DNA of 64,000 nucleotides from Candidatus Limnocylindrales bacterium (GCA_038325875.1 JBBQJL010000007.1:50-64049); one strand, 5' to 3'; positions 8,970 to 19,372 are shown, numbered from the stretch's first letter. Numbers and translations: made by a program. The notes: generated from the letters alone by a model not told the origin.

Positions 8970-9605
8970 TCACACGCGGACGCGTCGCTCCGGGTCCAGC
9001 GCGCGCTCCGCCGCCAGGATCTGGTCGATCCGCTCGGCGGTGGCCTCGACCTGACCGTCGCCGTTCTCGACGATGTAGTCGTAGTCGTCCTGGCGGGCGA
9101 GCTCGATGGCGGCGTTGCGCGACCGGATCTCGAGCTCGTCGGCCGTCTCGGTGGCACGCGACTTGAGCCGCCGGAAGAGGCTTTCGAGCGACGGCGGCAC
9201 GATGAAGATGAGGATCGCGTCGGGCACGTTCTCCTTGACCACCTGGGCGCCCTGGACGTCGATCTTCAGGATGACGTCGTGGCCCTGGAGGAGCGCCTCG
9301 CGGACCTGGGTCCGCGGAGTCCCGTACCAGTTGCCGTGGACCTCGTTCGCCTCCAGCAGCTCCCCGGCATCGCGCAGCGCGATGAACCGGTCGCGGTCGA
9401 GGAAGTGATAGCTCACGCCGTCGATCTCGCCCGGCCGGCGCGCCCTGGTGGTGCAGGTGACCACGTAGTGATAGTCGGGCCGGCGGCCACGGCGGCGGAG
9501 CGCGTCGATGACGGCGTCCTTGCCCACCCCCGACGGCCCGGAGATGATCACCAGCATCGCCCCGGGCGCTCCCGGCACGCCGATGCCCAACATCGGATCG
9601 GTCAC
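8970..9605 (-). CDS. gmk: Guanylate kinase
   Basis: VIISGPSGVGKD P-loop, TTRARRPGEIDGVSYHF, and the overall Gmk layout. The GTG start at 9605 overlaps the rluD stop; internal ATGs at 9593/9557 are possible starts. Confidence 0.9.
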   Translation of the reverse strand: MTDPMLGIGVPGAPGAMLVIISGPSGVGKDAVIDALRRRGRRPDYHYVVTCTTRARRPGEIDGVSYHFLDRDRFIALRDAGELLEANEVHGNWYGTPRTQVREALLQGHDVILKIDVQGAQVVKENVPDAILIFIVPPSLESLFRRLKSRATETADELEIRSRNAAIELARQDDYDYIVENGDGQVEATAERIDQILAAERALDPERRVRV

Positions 9606-10585
9606 CGGCCGACACCCGTGGCGACCGGCAGGCGGTGCGGCCGATCGCCCGCGCGGAGGCGTTCGAGGACCGCCTCGAGCTCGACGGGCAGCGGCGCGGT
9701 CGCCCGGATGAGGTGGCCGTCGGTCGGCGATGCGAGCTCCAGGCGCCAGGCGTGCAGGAACAGCCGGTCGAGGGTCTCAGGGCCGCGCCGCGAGGTCCCG
9801 CTGCCGTAGACCGGGTCGCCCGCGATCGGGTGCCCGATGGCCTCGAGGTGGACCCGGATCTGATGCGTCCGACCGGTCACCAGGTCGAGCTCGAGCAGGG
9901 TCCAGTCCCCCAGCCGCTCGCGGACCCGGTAGCCGGTCACCGACGGACGTCCATCGGGGACCACCGCCATCCGGGTGCGGTGCTTGGGGTCGCGCCCGAT
10001 CGGCGCCTCGATCCGACCGACGTTCGCTGCGACACTCCCCTGCACCAGCGCGAGATAGGTCTTCTTGACCCGGCGCGCCTTGAGCTGCGCCATCAGGCTC
10101 GCCTGGGCCGCGTCGTCCTTGGCGACCATCAGCAGGCCGCTCGTGTCCCGATCGAGCCGATGGACGATGCCCGGTCGCGACACGCCCGCGATGCCGCCGT
10201 ATTCGGCGCCGCCGGCCCGCCCCAGGAGCGCGTTGACGAGCGTCCCGCTGGCATGTCCCGGCGACGGGTGGACGACCAGTCCGGCCGGCTTGTCGACGAT
10301 CAGCAGGTCGTCGTCCTCGTAGACCACGTCCAGCGGGATCGCCTCAGCGGCGACGTCGAGCGGGACGATCGCCGGCACCTCGAGCTCGAGCCGATCCCCG
10401 GGCCCGATCACCGCGTTGGCCTTGATCGGCACGCCGGCCAGGGTGAGCCGGCCGTCCGAGATCAGCTTCTGCACGAAGCTCCGCGACAGGCCGGAGACAT
10501 CGGCCACGAACCGGTCGACCCGGCGCCGCTCACCGTCGTCGGGAACGACGAAGACGCGGGTCGTCGATGCCGGCTCGTCAGCCAT
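9602..10585 (-). CDS. rluD: 23S rRNA pseudouridine synthase, RluA/RluD family (S4 domain + catalytic HRLDRDTSG)
   Basis: RVDRFVADVSGLSRSFVQKLI (S4-like), HRLDRDTSGLLMVAKD and GRTHQIRVH motifs. ATG at 10585. Confidence 0.9.
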   Translation of the reverse strand: MADEPASTTRVFVVPDDGERRRVDRFVADVSGLSRSFVQKLISDGRLTLAGVPIKANAVIGPGDRLELEVPAIVPLDVAAEAIPLDVVYEDDDLLIVDKPAGLVVHPSPGHASGTLVNALLGRAGGAEYGGIAGVSRPGIVHRLDRDTSGLLMVAKDDAAQASLMAQLKARRVKKTYLALVQGSVAANVGRIEAPIGRDPKHRTRMAVVPDGRPSVTGYRVRERLGDWTLLELDLVTGRTHQIRVHLEAIGHPIAGDPVYGSGTSRRGPETLDRLFLHAWRLELASPTDGHLIRATAPLPVELEAVLERLRAGDRPHRLPVATGVGR

Positions 10586-11174
10586 CCGACAGCCCGTCCC
10601 CGAGTGCAGGTGCCGCGCCCGCCAGCCCCGGCACGAACGCCAGCAGGAGGAGCAGCAGGATCGCCGCGCTGATCGCGGCGTCACCGAGGTTGAACGTCCA
10701 GAAGCGCACGCTGCCGAGGCCCGCATCGACCCAGTCGACGACGTAGCCCAGCCGGATCCGGTCGATCAGGTTGCCGCTGGCGCCGCCGAGGAGCAGGCCG
10801 AGGGCGATCGACAGCAACGGGCTCCGCCCCGAACGGGCGTGGTAGCCGACGATCAGGGCCAGGACGCCGATGCTGGCGATGGCCAGGACCGGCGCCGCCG
10901 TCCCGAACAGGCCGAACAGGGCCCCGTCGTTCTTCGAGTGGATCAGCCGGACGAGGTCGCCCAGCAGGGCGACCGCCGTCCCGGGCACGATGTTGGCCAC
11001 CACCCACACCTTCGACAGTTGGTCGACGACGAGGACCGCGGCGGCCACCCCGAAGAACAGCAACCAGGCCGGGCGACCGGAAGCGGTCGGAGCCGCACCG
11101 CTGACAGGCGGCGCGACGGGCGCGTCGGTCTGGTCCAGGTCGCTGCCTCCGTCGAGTCGAGTGGGTCCGGTCAC
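10578..11174 (-). CDS. lspA: Lipoprotein signal peptidase (signal peptidase II)
   Basis: Four-TM profile with NDGALFG, GGASGNLIDR and FNLGDAAI motifs. GTG at 11174 follows the ileS stop. Confidence 0.88.
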   Translation of the reverse strand: MTGPTRLDGGSDLDQTDAPVAPPVSGAAPTASGRPAWLLFFGVAAAVLVVDQLSKVWVVANIVPGTAVALLGDLVRLIHSKNDGALFGLFGTAAPVLAIASIGVLALIVGYHARSGRSPLLSIALGLLLGGASGNLIDRIRLGYVVDWVDAGLGSVRFWTFNLGDAAISAAILLLLLLAFVPGLAGAAPALGDGLSDG

Positions 11175-11178
11175 AAGC

Positions 11179-14100
11179 CTAGCCGTCGACGCGCCGAAGG
11201 GCGAGCCGGACCGTGCCGGCCTCCAGCTCGACCGACGCAGCCGCCCCGCCGCTCGGTCCCGGCCCAGCGCCGATCGAGCCGGCCAGGGTCTCGGCGGCGA
11301 CCGCGTCGAGGTAGGGCACGATGGGCTGCGGGAGTGGTTCGACCCAGACCTGGATCCGGTCGTCGAGGGCCAGCTCGGCCTCGCGGCGGAGGTCCTGGAT
11401 GGCGCGCTGGAGCTCGCGCGCATCGCCCTCCGCACGGAGCTCTGGCGTCAGCGAGGTGTCGATGACGACGACCAGGCCGTCATCGTGGGCGACCGCGGTG
11501 CCCGGCCGGGGCGACGCCAGGATCTCGACCTCGTCCGCGGCCAGGGTCACTCCGCCGAGGGTGACCGACCCGTCGGAGTGGATCTCGAACTCGCCGGCCC
11601 GCGCCGCCGCCATCACCGCCGGGACAGACCCGCCGAGCTTCTTGCCGATCTTGGGCAGGAGCGGCTTGATCCGCCGCTCGACCAGCTCGGACTCATCGCC
11701 GATGAGCTCGACCGACTTGACGTTGACCTCGGCGGCGAGGAGCGCCAGCAGAGCATCCCGCTCCGCGAGCTGGCCGCCGGGCAGCGCCAGCCACAGGCGC
11801 GCCAGCGGCTGGCGGACCTTCAGCCCGGCCTGACCGCGCAGCGTCCGGACGAGCTCGACGGCGCGGCGCGTGGTGGCCACCGCCGCCTCGAGCGGCAGGT
11901 CGCGCTGGGCCGCCGACTCGGCCGTCGGCCAGGCCGTCAGGTGGACGCTGTCCGGGGCCGTCGGGTCGTTCGCCCCGACCAGGTTGTCGTAGATCCCCTC
12001 GGTCATGAACGGCAGGATCGGGGCCAGCACCCTGGCCAGGGTGACCAGCGCAAGGTGGAGCGTGGCGAATGCCGCGTCGCGGTCGGCGGCATCGTCGGAT
12101 CGGGAGAAGCGCCGGCGGGAACGACGCAGATACCAGGTCGACAGGTCGTCGATCGCCTCGTCGATCGCCCGGGTGGCCCCCTCCGCGTCGTAGTCCCGCA
12201 GTCGATCCTCGGCCCTGGCCGCGACGCCGGCCATCCGCGACAGGATCCAGCGATCGAGCACCGGCCGATCCGACACTGCGGCAGCCCGGGACGTGTGCGC
12301 GTCCCAGCCGGCCAGTCGGGCGTAGGTCACGAAGAAGGCGTACACGTTCCACAGGATCAGCAAGCCGCGCCGCGCCTCGTCGGCGGCGTGCCAGCCGAAC
12401 AGGATGTTGTCGTCCGGGCGGGCGCTGGCGTACATCCAGCGCATGACGTCGACACCCATCCGGTCGGCCGCCTCGTCGAACTCGATCGAGTTGCCGGCGC
12501 TCTTGTGCATCGGCCGGCCGTCCTCGCCGAGCAGAGTCGCGAAGCCGAAGATCGTCCTGAACGGCGGCTCGCGCCGGAGGACCGTGCTCATCGCCAGCAT
12601 CGCGTAGAACCAGTTCCGGAACTTGCCCGGGCAGCTCTCGGTGATGAAGTCGGCCGGGAACCAGCGGGCCCAGAAGTCGGGATCCTCGCGATAGTGGATG
12701 GTCGAGAACGGAACGATCCCGGCATCGAGCCAGACGTTGCCGACATCGGGGATCCGCGAGATCGGCTGGCCGCACCCGGAGCAGGCGATCCGGACCGCAT
12801 CGATGTGCGGTCGATGGGGCGTGTGGCCGTCGAACGCGTCCCACCCGTCGACGGCCCGCTCGCGAAGCTCCTCGCGTCCGCCGATGACGGTCACCGCGCC
12901 GCACTCGCCACAGTCGTAGATCGGCAGGGCCAGGCCCCAGTAGCGCTTCTTGCTGATCATCCAGTCGTGCATGTCGTGGAGCCAGCGGATCTCCTGGTCG
13001 TAGCCGAACCCGGGTAGCCAGCGGATGTCGTCGACGACCTGCATGATCTGGTAGCGCAGGCTCCGCTCGACCTCGTCGGCGGTCAGCTCCTGGCGCGGTC
13101 GGTCGTAGACCTCGCCCATGCTGATGAACCACTCGTCGACCAGCCGGAAGATGAGCGGCGTACCGCACCGCCAGCAGTGCGGGTAGCGGTGGGTGATCGT
13201 CTCGAGCCGGTAGAACCGGTCGTGGTGGCGGAGGTGCTCGACGATCGGGTCGGCCACGTCGCGCACGTCGCGCCCGGTGTACGGCCCGAACCCGTCGAGG
13301 TAGATGCCCGATTCGTCGAGCGGGGCGATGACCGGCAGGCCGAGCAGCTTGCCCAGCGCGAAGTCCTCGGCGCCGCAGCCCGGAGCGATGTGGACGATCC
13401 CCGTGCCCTCCTCCTCGCCGACTTCGGTCCAGGACACGATCCGATGGCGGTAGGGCGTACCGGGTTCGTCGCGCGTACCGGCCGCGAACGCCGTCCGGAC
13501 GGCATGCAGGTCGTCGAACGGTCCGTCGTAGACCCAGCCGATGAGGTCGCTGCCGGGGCGCTCGTCGAGGACCTCGAACGGACCGACGAGCGCGCTCTTG
13601 AGCGTCCCACGGGCGACCCACAGGCGGTCGTCGCCCTGGCCGACGAGGACGTAGCGGAGATCCGGTCCGACCGCGGCGGCGACGTTCGAGGTGAGCGTCC
13701 ACGGTGTCGTCGTCCAGACCAGCAGCGCCTCACCGGGTCGATCGACCAGCGGGAAGCGCACGGTCAGGCCGGGGTCCTCGCGGTCGCGGTAGCCCTCGGT
13801 CATCTCGTGCTGACTCATGCCCGTCCCGCAGCGGGCGCACCAGGGCATCGTGTCGTGGCCCTTGTACAGCCAGCCGCGCCGATGGCATTCGGCCAGGAAC
13901 CCCCAGATCAGGTCGTTGTTCTCGTTGCTGAAGGTGAAGTAGCTCCCCCCGAGGTCCGGCATCCCGAGCCGCCCAATGAGCATCTCGACCGAGTCGGTGA
14001 CCGGCCCATCGGGGCCGTCGATGGTGGTGACCTGGGCCGGGTCGTCGGCCAGCAGGTCGCGCAGCCGGCGCAGCTCCTGCGGGTCGTTCCAGTCCATCCA

Positions 14101-14520
14101 CATCCCGAGCCGGACTGACTGCTCGGTCTGGCGCGCGGCGAAGGTCAGGACCCGCTGCTTGCACAGGCTGACGAACTCGGCGATCCCGTACGCCTCGATG
14201 TCGCGCTTGTTGGCCAGCCCGAGGTCGCGCTCGACGTTGACCTCGACCCACAGCCCCTGGCAGTCGAACCCGTTCTGGAAGCGCTGGTCGTGGCCGAGCA
14301 TCGCCCGGAAGCGCTGATACAGGTCCTTGTAGGTCCGACCCCAGGCGTGGTGGACGCCCATCGGGTTGTTGGCCGTGATCGGGCCGTCCAGGAAGCTCCA
14401 GCGCTCGTTGCCGGCGTTCTGGGCGCGCAGGCGGGCGAACGTCCGGCGCTCGGCCCAGCGGGCCAGGACCTCGTGCTCGAGGGCCACGAGGTCGGGCTTG
14501 GGGCTGACGGGTCGGAACAT
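11179..14520 (-). CDS. ileS: Isoleucine--tRNA ligase
   Basis: About 1110 aa with class-I HIGH-type (NNPMGVHHAWG) and KMSKS-type (MHKSAGN) motifs, an editing domain and zinc-binding Cys pairs. ATG at 14520 (MFRPVSPKPD...). Confidence 0.95.
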   Translation of the reverse strand: MFRPVSPKPDLVALEHEVLARWAERRTFARLRAQNAGNERWSFLDGPITANNPMGVHHAWGRTYKDLYQRFRAMLGHDQRFQNGFDCQGLWVEVNVERDLGLANKRDIEAYGIAEFVSLCKQRVLTFAARQTEQSVRLGMWMDWNDPQELRRLRDLLADDPAQVTTIDGPDGPVTDSVEMLIGRLGMPDLGGSYFTFSNENNDLIWGFLAECHRRGWLYKGHDTMPWCARCGTGMSQHEMTEGYRDREDPGLTVRFPLVDRPGEALLVWTTTPWTLTSNVAAAVGPDLRYVLVGQGDDRLWVARGTLKSALVGPFEVLDERPGSDLIGWVYDGPFDDLHAVRTAFAAGTRDEPGTPYRHRIVSWTEVGEEEGTGIVHIAPGCGAEDFALGKLLGLPVIAPLDESGIYLDGFGPYTGRDVRDVADPIVEHLRHHDRFYRLETITHRYPHCWRCGTPLIFRLVDEWFISMGEVYDRPRQELTADEVERSLRYQIMQVVDDIRWLPGFGYDQEIRWLHDMHDWMISKKRYWGLALPIYDCGECGAVTVIGGREELRERAVDGWDAFDGHTPHRPHIDAVRIACSGCGQPISRIPDVGNVWLDAGIVPFSTIHYREDPDFWARWFPADFITESCPGKFRNWFYAMLAMSTVLRREPPFRTIFGFATLLGEDGRPMHKSAGNSIEFDEAADRMGVDVMRWMYASARPDDNILFGWHAADEARRGLLILWNVYAFFVTYARLAGWDAHTSRAAAVSDRPVLDRWILSRMAGVAARAEDRLRDYDAEGATRAIDEAIDDLSTWYLRRSRRRFSRSDDAADRDAAFATLHLALVTLARVLAPILPFMTEGIYDNLVGANDPTAPDSVHLTAWPTAESAAQRDLPLEAAVATTRRAVELVRTLRGQAGLKVRQPLARLWLALPGGQLAERDALLALLAAEVNVKSVELIGDESELVERRIKPLLPKIGKKLGGSVPAVMAAARAGEFEIHSDGSVTLGGVTLAADEVEILASPRPGTAVAHDDGLVVVIDTSLTPELRAEGDARELQRAIQDLRREAELALDDRIQVWVEPLPQPIVPYLDAVAAETLAGSIGAGPGPSGGAAASVELEAGTVRLALRRVDG

Positions 14521-14636
14521 CGGACCTCGAGTGGGAAGGGGCCGGCTGTGACGGTGCGTCGGCGTCACACGCCGACGGGTCGAGCCGTCGGAACCCCTCG
14601 GCACGCCACCACGAGGTTCCAAGTATCCTACCCGCG
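14521..14636 (-). promoter_or_regulatory. Structured ileS 5' leader (possible T-box-like/SD-sequestering element)
   Basis: Two strong hairpins lie on the minus strand (14590-14620 and 14557-14577). A UGGU lies in the first loop, an AUC is near the 5' end, and CCUCG could pair with the CGAGG Shine-Dalgarno. The T-box consensus is not clearly present. Confidence 0.25.
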
Positions 14637-16454
14637 ATGCAGCAGCCGCCGCAGGAAGCCAGACCCCGACACCGATCCGCCTTTGCGGCTGCGTTCCTGT
14701 CCCTGATCTTCCCGGGCCTCGGCCACGCCTATGCGGGGGCCTGGAACCGGGCCCTCGGATTCGCCGCGCTGCCGATCCTGCTGATCGCCCTGACCGGGGG
14801 GGTCGCCCTCAGCTCGGGGATCCAGGTCTTCGGCGGCGAGATCATCGCCAACCTGCCGCTCATCCTCATCGGCAACGTCCTGTTCCTGGCCTATCGGGTC
14901 GTGGCCGCGATCGACGCCTATCGCGTGGCCGCCTACCTGAACGCGGTCGACGCGTCCGGCGGCGGACGCTTCGGCCGTCCGTCGCTCCGGCTCGACCCGC
15001 TGTCGGTCGCCGGCCTGCTGGCGGTCTGCCTGGTCATCGCCGGCGGCCACGGTGTGGTCGCCTACTACGGGGTCACCGCCCAGGACACGCTGGCCTGCGT
15101 GTTCGATCCGACCTACTCGTGCTCGTACGACAACACCGGTCCGGATCCGAGCGCGGACGCCGGCAGCGTCGTGCCGGGAAGCGTCGAACCCGGTGACACG
15201 CCGACCCCTGTGGCCACCACCGCACCCCCGCTCGGGACGGCCCTGCCGACCGGCGCACTCCAGGAATGGAACGGGACGGACAAGCTCAACATCCTGCTCA
15301 TCGGGGCGGACCAGCGGCCCAAGGAAGGCACCTTCAACACCGACACCCTGATCGTCGTGTCGATCGACCCGAAGACGAAGCAGGTCGCCATGTACAGCCT
15401 GCCGCGCGACACGGTCGACGTTCCGATCCCGGCCGGACCGGCCCGCTCGGTCTTCGGCTCGACCTACCAGGGCAAGATCAACAGCCTCTGGCTCAACTCA
15501 CGTTACCGCTCGGATGCGTTCCCGGGCAACGACAAGTCGCGCGGCTTCAACGCCCTCAAAGCCACCCTTGGTGAGCTCTACGGGCTCGACATCCAGTACT
15601 ACCTGATGGTCAACTTCGAGGGCTTCACGAACATCGTCGACACCCTCGGCGGAGTGACCATCAACGTCCAGAACCCGGTCCTCGACGACCACTATCCGGG
15701 CGGTCCCAGTGGCGCCAGCATCCGGGTCTACATCCCCGCCGGCGTCCAGCACATGACCGGTGCACAGGCCCTGATCTACGCTCGCTCGCGCCATACCTCG
15801 AGCGACTTCGACCGGGCCCAGCGCCAGCAGCGGGTGATCCTGTCGCTCCGCCAGCAGGCCAACCCACAGACGATCATGAGCAACCTGACCCAGCTGCTCA
15901 AGGACCTCAAGACGTCGTTCAAGACGGATATCCCCCAGGGCAAGCTGCCCCAGCTGATCGGGCTGTCCAGCCAGATCGACTCGACCAAGATCCGCTCGTT
16001 CGTGTTCGCCCCGCCGCGCTACGCCATCAACGCGACCGACCAGCGCGGCTCGATCGTCGAACCCAACGTCAGCCGGATCCGGCAGGCCGTCGCGACCGCG
16101 TTCAAGCTCGACCCCAAGATCGAACAGCAGCGCGAGGCGGTCGCCGGCGAGGACGGGGTCATCTGGGTCGTCAACGGGACCGGCCGGGCGGGCCAGGCGA
16201 CGTCGGTGGCGGGCTACCTCGAGTACCTCGGCCTGACGGCCAGCGCCCCGACCAAGCGCGCCGATGGGACGACCATCCAGACCAAGATCCGGGTCTACAA
16301 CGGGCGCGAGGGGGACCTGCCGGCCACCATCGCCCTGCTCGAAAACGTGTTCAACGTGAAGGCGACCTACGTCGACGATCCGTCGGTCACGGTCGACGTC
16401 ATCGTCACGACCGGGACGAAGACCCCTGTCCTGGCCGCGCCCGCGGGGCCCTGA
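14637..16454 (+). CDS. LytR-CpsA-Psr (LCP) family cell-envelope phosphotransferase, membrane anchored, with LytR_C-like C-terminal domain
   Basis: N-terminal TM helices, then LNILLIGADQRP...NTDTLIVVSIDP...SLPRDT...ARSRH, typical of the LCP catalytic domain. Confidence 0.88.
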   Translation: MQQPPQEARPRHRSAFAAAFLSLIFPGLGHAYAGAWNRALGFAALPILLIALTGGVALSSGIQVFGGEIIANLPLILIGNVLFLAYRVVAAIDAYRVAAYLNAVDASGGGRFGRPSLRLDPLSVAGLLAVCLVIAGGHGVVAYYGVTAQDTLACVFDPTYSCSYDNTGPDPSADAGSVVPGSVEPGDTPTPVATTAPPLGTALPTGALQEWNGTDKLNILLIGADQRPKEGTFNTDTLIVVSIDPKTKQVAMYSLPRDTVDVPIPAGPARSVFGSTYQGKINSLWLNSRYRSDAFPGNDKSRGFNALKATLGELYGLDIQYYLMVNFEGFTNIVDTLGGVTINVQNPVLDDHYPGGPSGASIRVYIPAGVQHMTGAQALIYARSRHTSSDFDRAQRQQRVILSLRQQANPQTIMSNLTQLLKDLKTSFKTDIPQGKLPQLIGLSSQIDSTKIRSFVFAPPRYAINATDQRGSIVEPNVSRIRQAVATAFKLDPKIEQQREAVAGEDGVIWVVNGTGRAGQATSVAGYLEYLGLTASAPTKRADGTTIQTKIRVYNGREGDLPATIALLENVFNVKATYVDDPSVTVDVIVTTGTKTPVLAAPAGP

Positions 16455-16463
16455 TCGAGCGCT

Positions 16464-18266
16464 TCAGGCCTTCTCGGTGACCCGATACTCCAGGTACTTC
16501 CCGGCCATCATCCGGGTCTGCGCGTCGAGCGCCGGCAGGGTGCTGAAGATGAGCCCGACGAAGGGCAGGGCCAGCCACTGCAGGTAGGACGTCGCCCGCT
16601 GGATCCAGCCCCATCCGGCCGGCCGGGGCGGCGCGATCTGCTCCTCGACGAAGACCAGGATCAGCAGGCAGCAGAACGCGCCGGTCAGCAGCCACGCGGC
16701 ATACAGCGGCAGGTTCTGGCCGAGCGTGGTCTGGGCAAAGGCCGGGTTGAGCAGGAGCGGCAGGTTTGACCCGAAGATGATGATGAACGGGGCGATCGCC
16801 CAGTTGATGTGGTCCAGCCAGAGGTCCATCAGCCGGCGGACTCGGAGGGCGCGCGGGATCTCCGAGTGGGCGAACGCGTTCCGGATGTAGTACGGGATAT
16901 CGGTGACCCCCCACGCCCAGCGCCGGATCTGGGTGTACTGCTCGACCAGCGACCGGGGATATGACCGGGCGCGGACCGCATCGCCATACATCGGGATGAA
17001 CAGGGGGACCGCCCGGAACTCGCCGCTGAACCGGAAGAAGCTCTTCCAGTAGAACCGGCTGTCCTCCGGGATCGCGTCGGTCGCCCAATAGTCGACCTCG
17101 TGGACCGTCCGCAGGCTGACCGCGTAGGACGAGAACGAGATGAGCTTGCGCGGGGTCAACGACCGCCACATCTGGACGTGGGTCGCTCCGACCGCGACCA
17201 GCCGGACCGCCAGGGGCGTGTCCCACAGGTTGTTGTGGAACATCGGGATCGGCTGGTACAGCCGGCGGTAGCGATCCGGGTCGGTCAGGAAGGTGTAGGT
17301 CAGGTAGCCGAAGTACTGCGGGTGGACGCGGTAGTCGGAGTCAAGGTCGGTCACCACGACGGTCGCCGGGTCGAACCCCAGCTCGGCCAGCTCGCGGTAC
17401 AGCCAGCGCCCGCCGTAGGCCATCGCCGAGCTCTTGCCGACGACGATCCCCGGCTCGAGCGGATCGAGGATGTGGAAGAAATGGAGGAACCGGTCGCCGA
17501 ACAGCTCGCGCAGGCGAGCCACGTTCTGGCGGCCGCCGATGTCGGTCTCGCGGGTGATGATCGCGACCATCAGCTGGTCCCGCGGGAAGTCGGCCTCGGC
17601 CAGGGCGCGGACCGTCTCGAACAGCTTCTCGAACGGCTCGGTGTAGGTCGGCACGAGCGCGACGTGGAACAGGCGACGCGGTTCGGCCGTCAGCTCCGGC
17701 CGGGCAGCCATCAGCCGGGCCAGGGCCCGGCGCTCGGTGTCGAGTCGGACCAGCTCGCGCCGCCCACCGGTCGCCGCCAGGGCCGAGCCGCGTCGCTCGA
17801 GGTCGTCGATCCGATCCTGGACGAAGGGTGCCAGGCGGTCGATCTCGGCCAGCCGCGCGGCCGGATCGGCCAGGGCGAGCGCCCGTGCCCGCCAATCGGT
17901 AGCCATCGTCCGGCGCATCCGGCCGAACGTGACGCACACGCTGCTGGTCAGGACGACCGCCTTGTACAGCCAGTAGAAGTCGAACGTCAGGACGAACACG
18001 GCGACGATCGCCGGGAACCGGAACGACAGGATCAGCGGGCTGAGGATGAGCAGCCAGCTGATCAGCCCGGGCACGATCTCGAGCGTGCGCTGGATCAGGC
18101 GCGCGCGGGTCGGGTCACCGGCGTCGGTGATCGGACCGGCGGCAGACGCGGACGAGTCCGGCGGCACCGTGCTCGGGATGAGCGCCTCTTCGACGAGGCC
18201 CGGATAGCTGGGCGCCGTGGGCGCCGGCAGACCCGCGGTCAGGGTCGACGCCCGATCGTCAGCCAC
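16464..18266 (-). CDS. Membrane-embedded family-2 glycosyltransferase (processive, QxxRW-type)
   Basis: TM helices flank a cytoplasmic GT-A-like region (VVTDLDSDY, IPEDSRFYW) with QIRRWAWG (QxxRW). GTG start at 18266. Confidence 0.75.
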   Translation of the reverse strand: MADDRASTLTAGLPAPTAPSYPGLVEEALIPSTVPPDSSASAAGPITDAGDPTRARLIQRTLEIVPGLISWLLILSPLILSFRFPAIVAVFVLTFDFYWLYKAVVLTSSVCVTFGRMRRTMATDWRARALALADPAARLAEIDRLAPFVQDRIDDLERRGSALAATGGRRELVRLDTERRALARLMAARPELTAEPRRLFHVALVPTYTEPFEKLFETVRALAEADFPRDQLMVAIITRETDIGGRQNVARLRELFGDRFLHFFHILDPLEPGIVVGKSSAMAYGGRWLYRELAELGFDPATVVVTDLDSDYRVHPQYFGYLTYTFLTDPDRYRRLYQPIPMFHNNLWDTPLAVRLVAVGATHVQMWRSLTPRKLISFSSYAVSLRTVHEVDYWATDAIPEDSRFYWKSFFRFSGEFRAVPLFIPMYGDAVRARSYPRSLVEQYTQIRRWAWGVTDIPYYIRNAFAHSEIPRALRVRRLMDLWLDHINWAIAPFIIIFGSNLPLLLNPAFAQTTLGQNLPLYAAWLLTGAFCCLLILVFVEEQIAPPRPAGWGWIQRATSYLQWLALPFVGLIFSTLPALDAQTRMMAGKYLEYRVTEKA

Positions 18267-19251
18267 CCTCGCCGATCGGGGTCAGCCAGTGACGGTACTC
18301 CGGGAGTCGCCCACGGACCGCTTCGAAGTAGCGATCGCGGATGAGCCGTGCCGTCGGGCCGACCTCGCCCGACCCGACGGACCGATGGTCGATCTCGATG
18401 ACCGGCGAGACCTGGACCCCGGTCCCGACCAGGAACATCTCGTCGGCGATGTACAGCTCGGAGCGGTCGATCGAGCGGACCTCGACCGGGATCCCCTCGT
18501 TGGTGGCGATCTCGACGATCGCCTTGCGGGTCACGCCCTCGAGGATGTCGTCGGTCACCGGCGGCGTCAGCAGGACACCGTCCCGGACGACGAACAGGTT
18601 GGCCGCCGAGCCTTCGGACGCGTGGCCGTCGGCCGTCATCACCAGGGCCTCATCGAACCCGTTGAGCTCCGCCTCGGACTTCTGGAAGGCCATGTTGACG
18701 TAGCCGCCGACGATCTTGCCCCGGGCCGGAATGGCCTCGTCCATGTTCCGCCGCCAGGACGACGACATCACCCGCACGCCGGCCTCGGTGTCGATGTAGT
18801 TCCCGAACGGCAGGGTGATGATGTACAACTCGTGCTCCAGGTGGTGGAGCCGGACGCCGATCTGGCGCGACGACTTGTAGAACGACGGGCGGATGTAGAC
18901 GTCCTCGCTGAACCCGTTCCGACGGACCGTCTCCAGCACCAACTCGGTCAGCTCATCGACCGACGGCAGGCCGTCCATCAGGAGCATCCCGGCGTTCTGG
19001 CGGAGCCGCGCGACGTGCTCGCGGACCTTCAGGCCGTAGAGCGTGTGCTGCTCGGCGTTCCAGTAGGCGCGCACACCCTCGAACACGGCGGTGCCATACA
19101 TGAAGGCGTGGGTCATGATGCTGACCTTGGCGTCCCGCATCGGGACGAACGCGCCCTCGAAGTAGCAGATCAGGTCATCGACCGGGACCGCGGGCTTGGC
19201 CCCCGCGGTCGTCGGACTGAGACGGTCTGCCGGGGTCTTCTCGGTCAACAT
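18259..19251 (-). CDS. ilvE: Branched-chain amino acid aminotransferase
   Basis: FEGVRAY, class-IV aminotransferase blocks (EGSAANLF, LTPP...ILEGVTR, DEMFLVGTG). ATG at 19251. Confidence 0.9.
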   Translation of the reverse strand: MLTEKTPADRLSPTTAGAKPAVPVDDLICYFEGAFVPMRDAKVSIMTHAFMYGTAVFEGVRAYWNAEQHTLYGLKVREHVARLRQNAGMLLMDGLPSVDELTELVLETVRRNGFSEDVYIRPSFYKSSRQIGVRLHHLEHELYIITLPFGNYIDTEAGVRVMSSSWRRNMDEAIPARGKIVGGYVNMAFQKSEAELNGFDEALVMTADGHASEGSAANLFVVRDGVLLTPPVTDDILEGVTRKAIVEIATNEGIPVEVRSIDRSELYIADEMFLVGTGVQVSPVIEIDHRSVGSGEVGPTARLIRDRYFEAVRGRLPEYRHWLTPIGEGG

Positions 19252-19303
19252 GGTGTCGGCGGCTCCGGTTCGGGCTGACCCCGCGAACGGGCGGGCGGGT
19301 CGC

Positions 19304-19331
19304 GTCGAGCGTCGAGCGTCGAGCGTCGAGC
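19304..19331. repeat. Heptanucleotide tandem repeat (GTCGAGC)x4 in the ilvE upstream leader
   Basis: Read directly. On the minus strand it lies just downstream of a TATACT -10-like hexamer (19333-19338). Confidence 0.8.
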
Positions 19332-19372
19332 GAGTATACCAGCGGACCTCGGCCGCTCCGACGGCACCCGGC

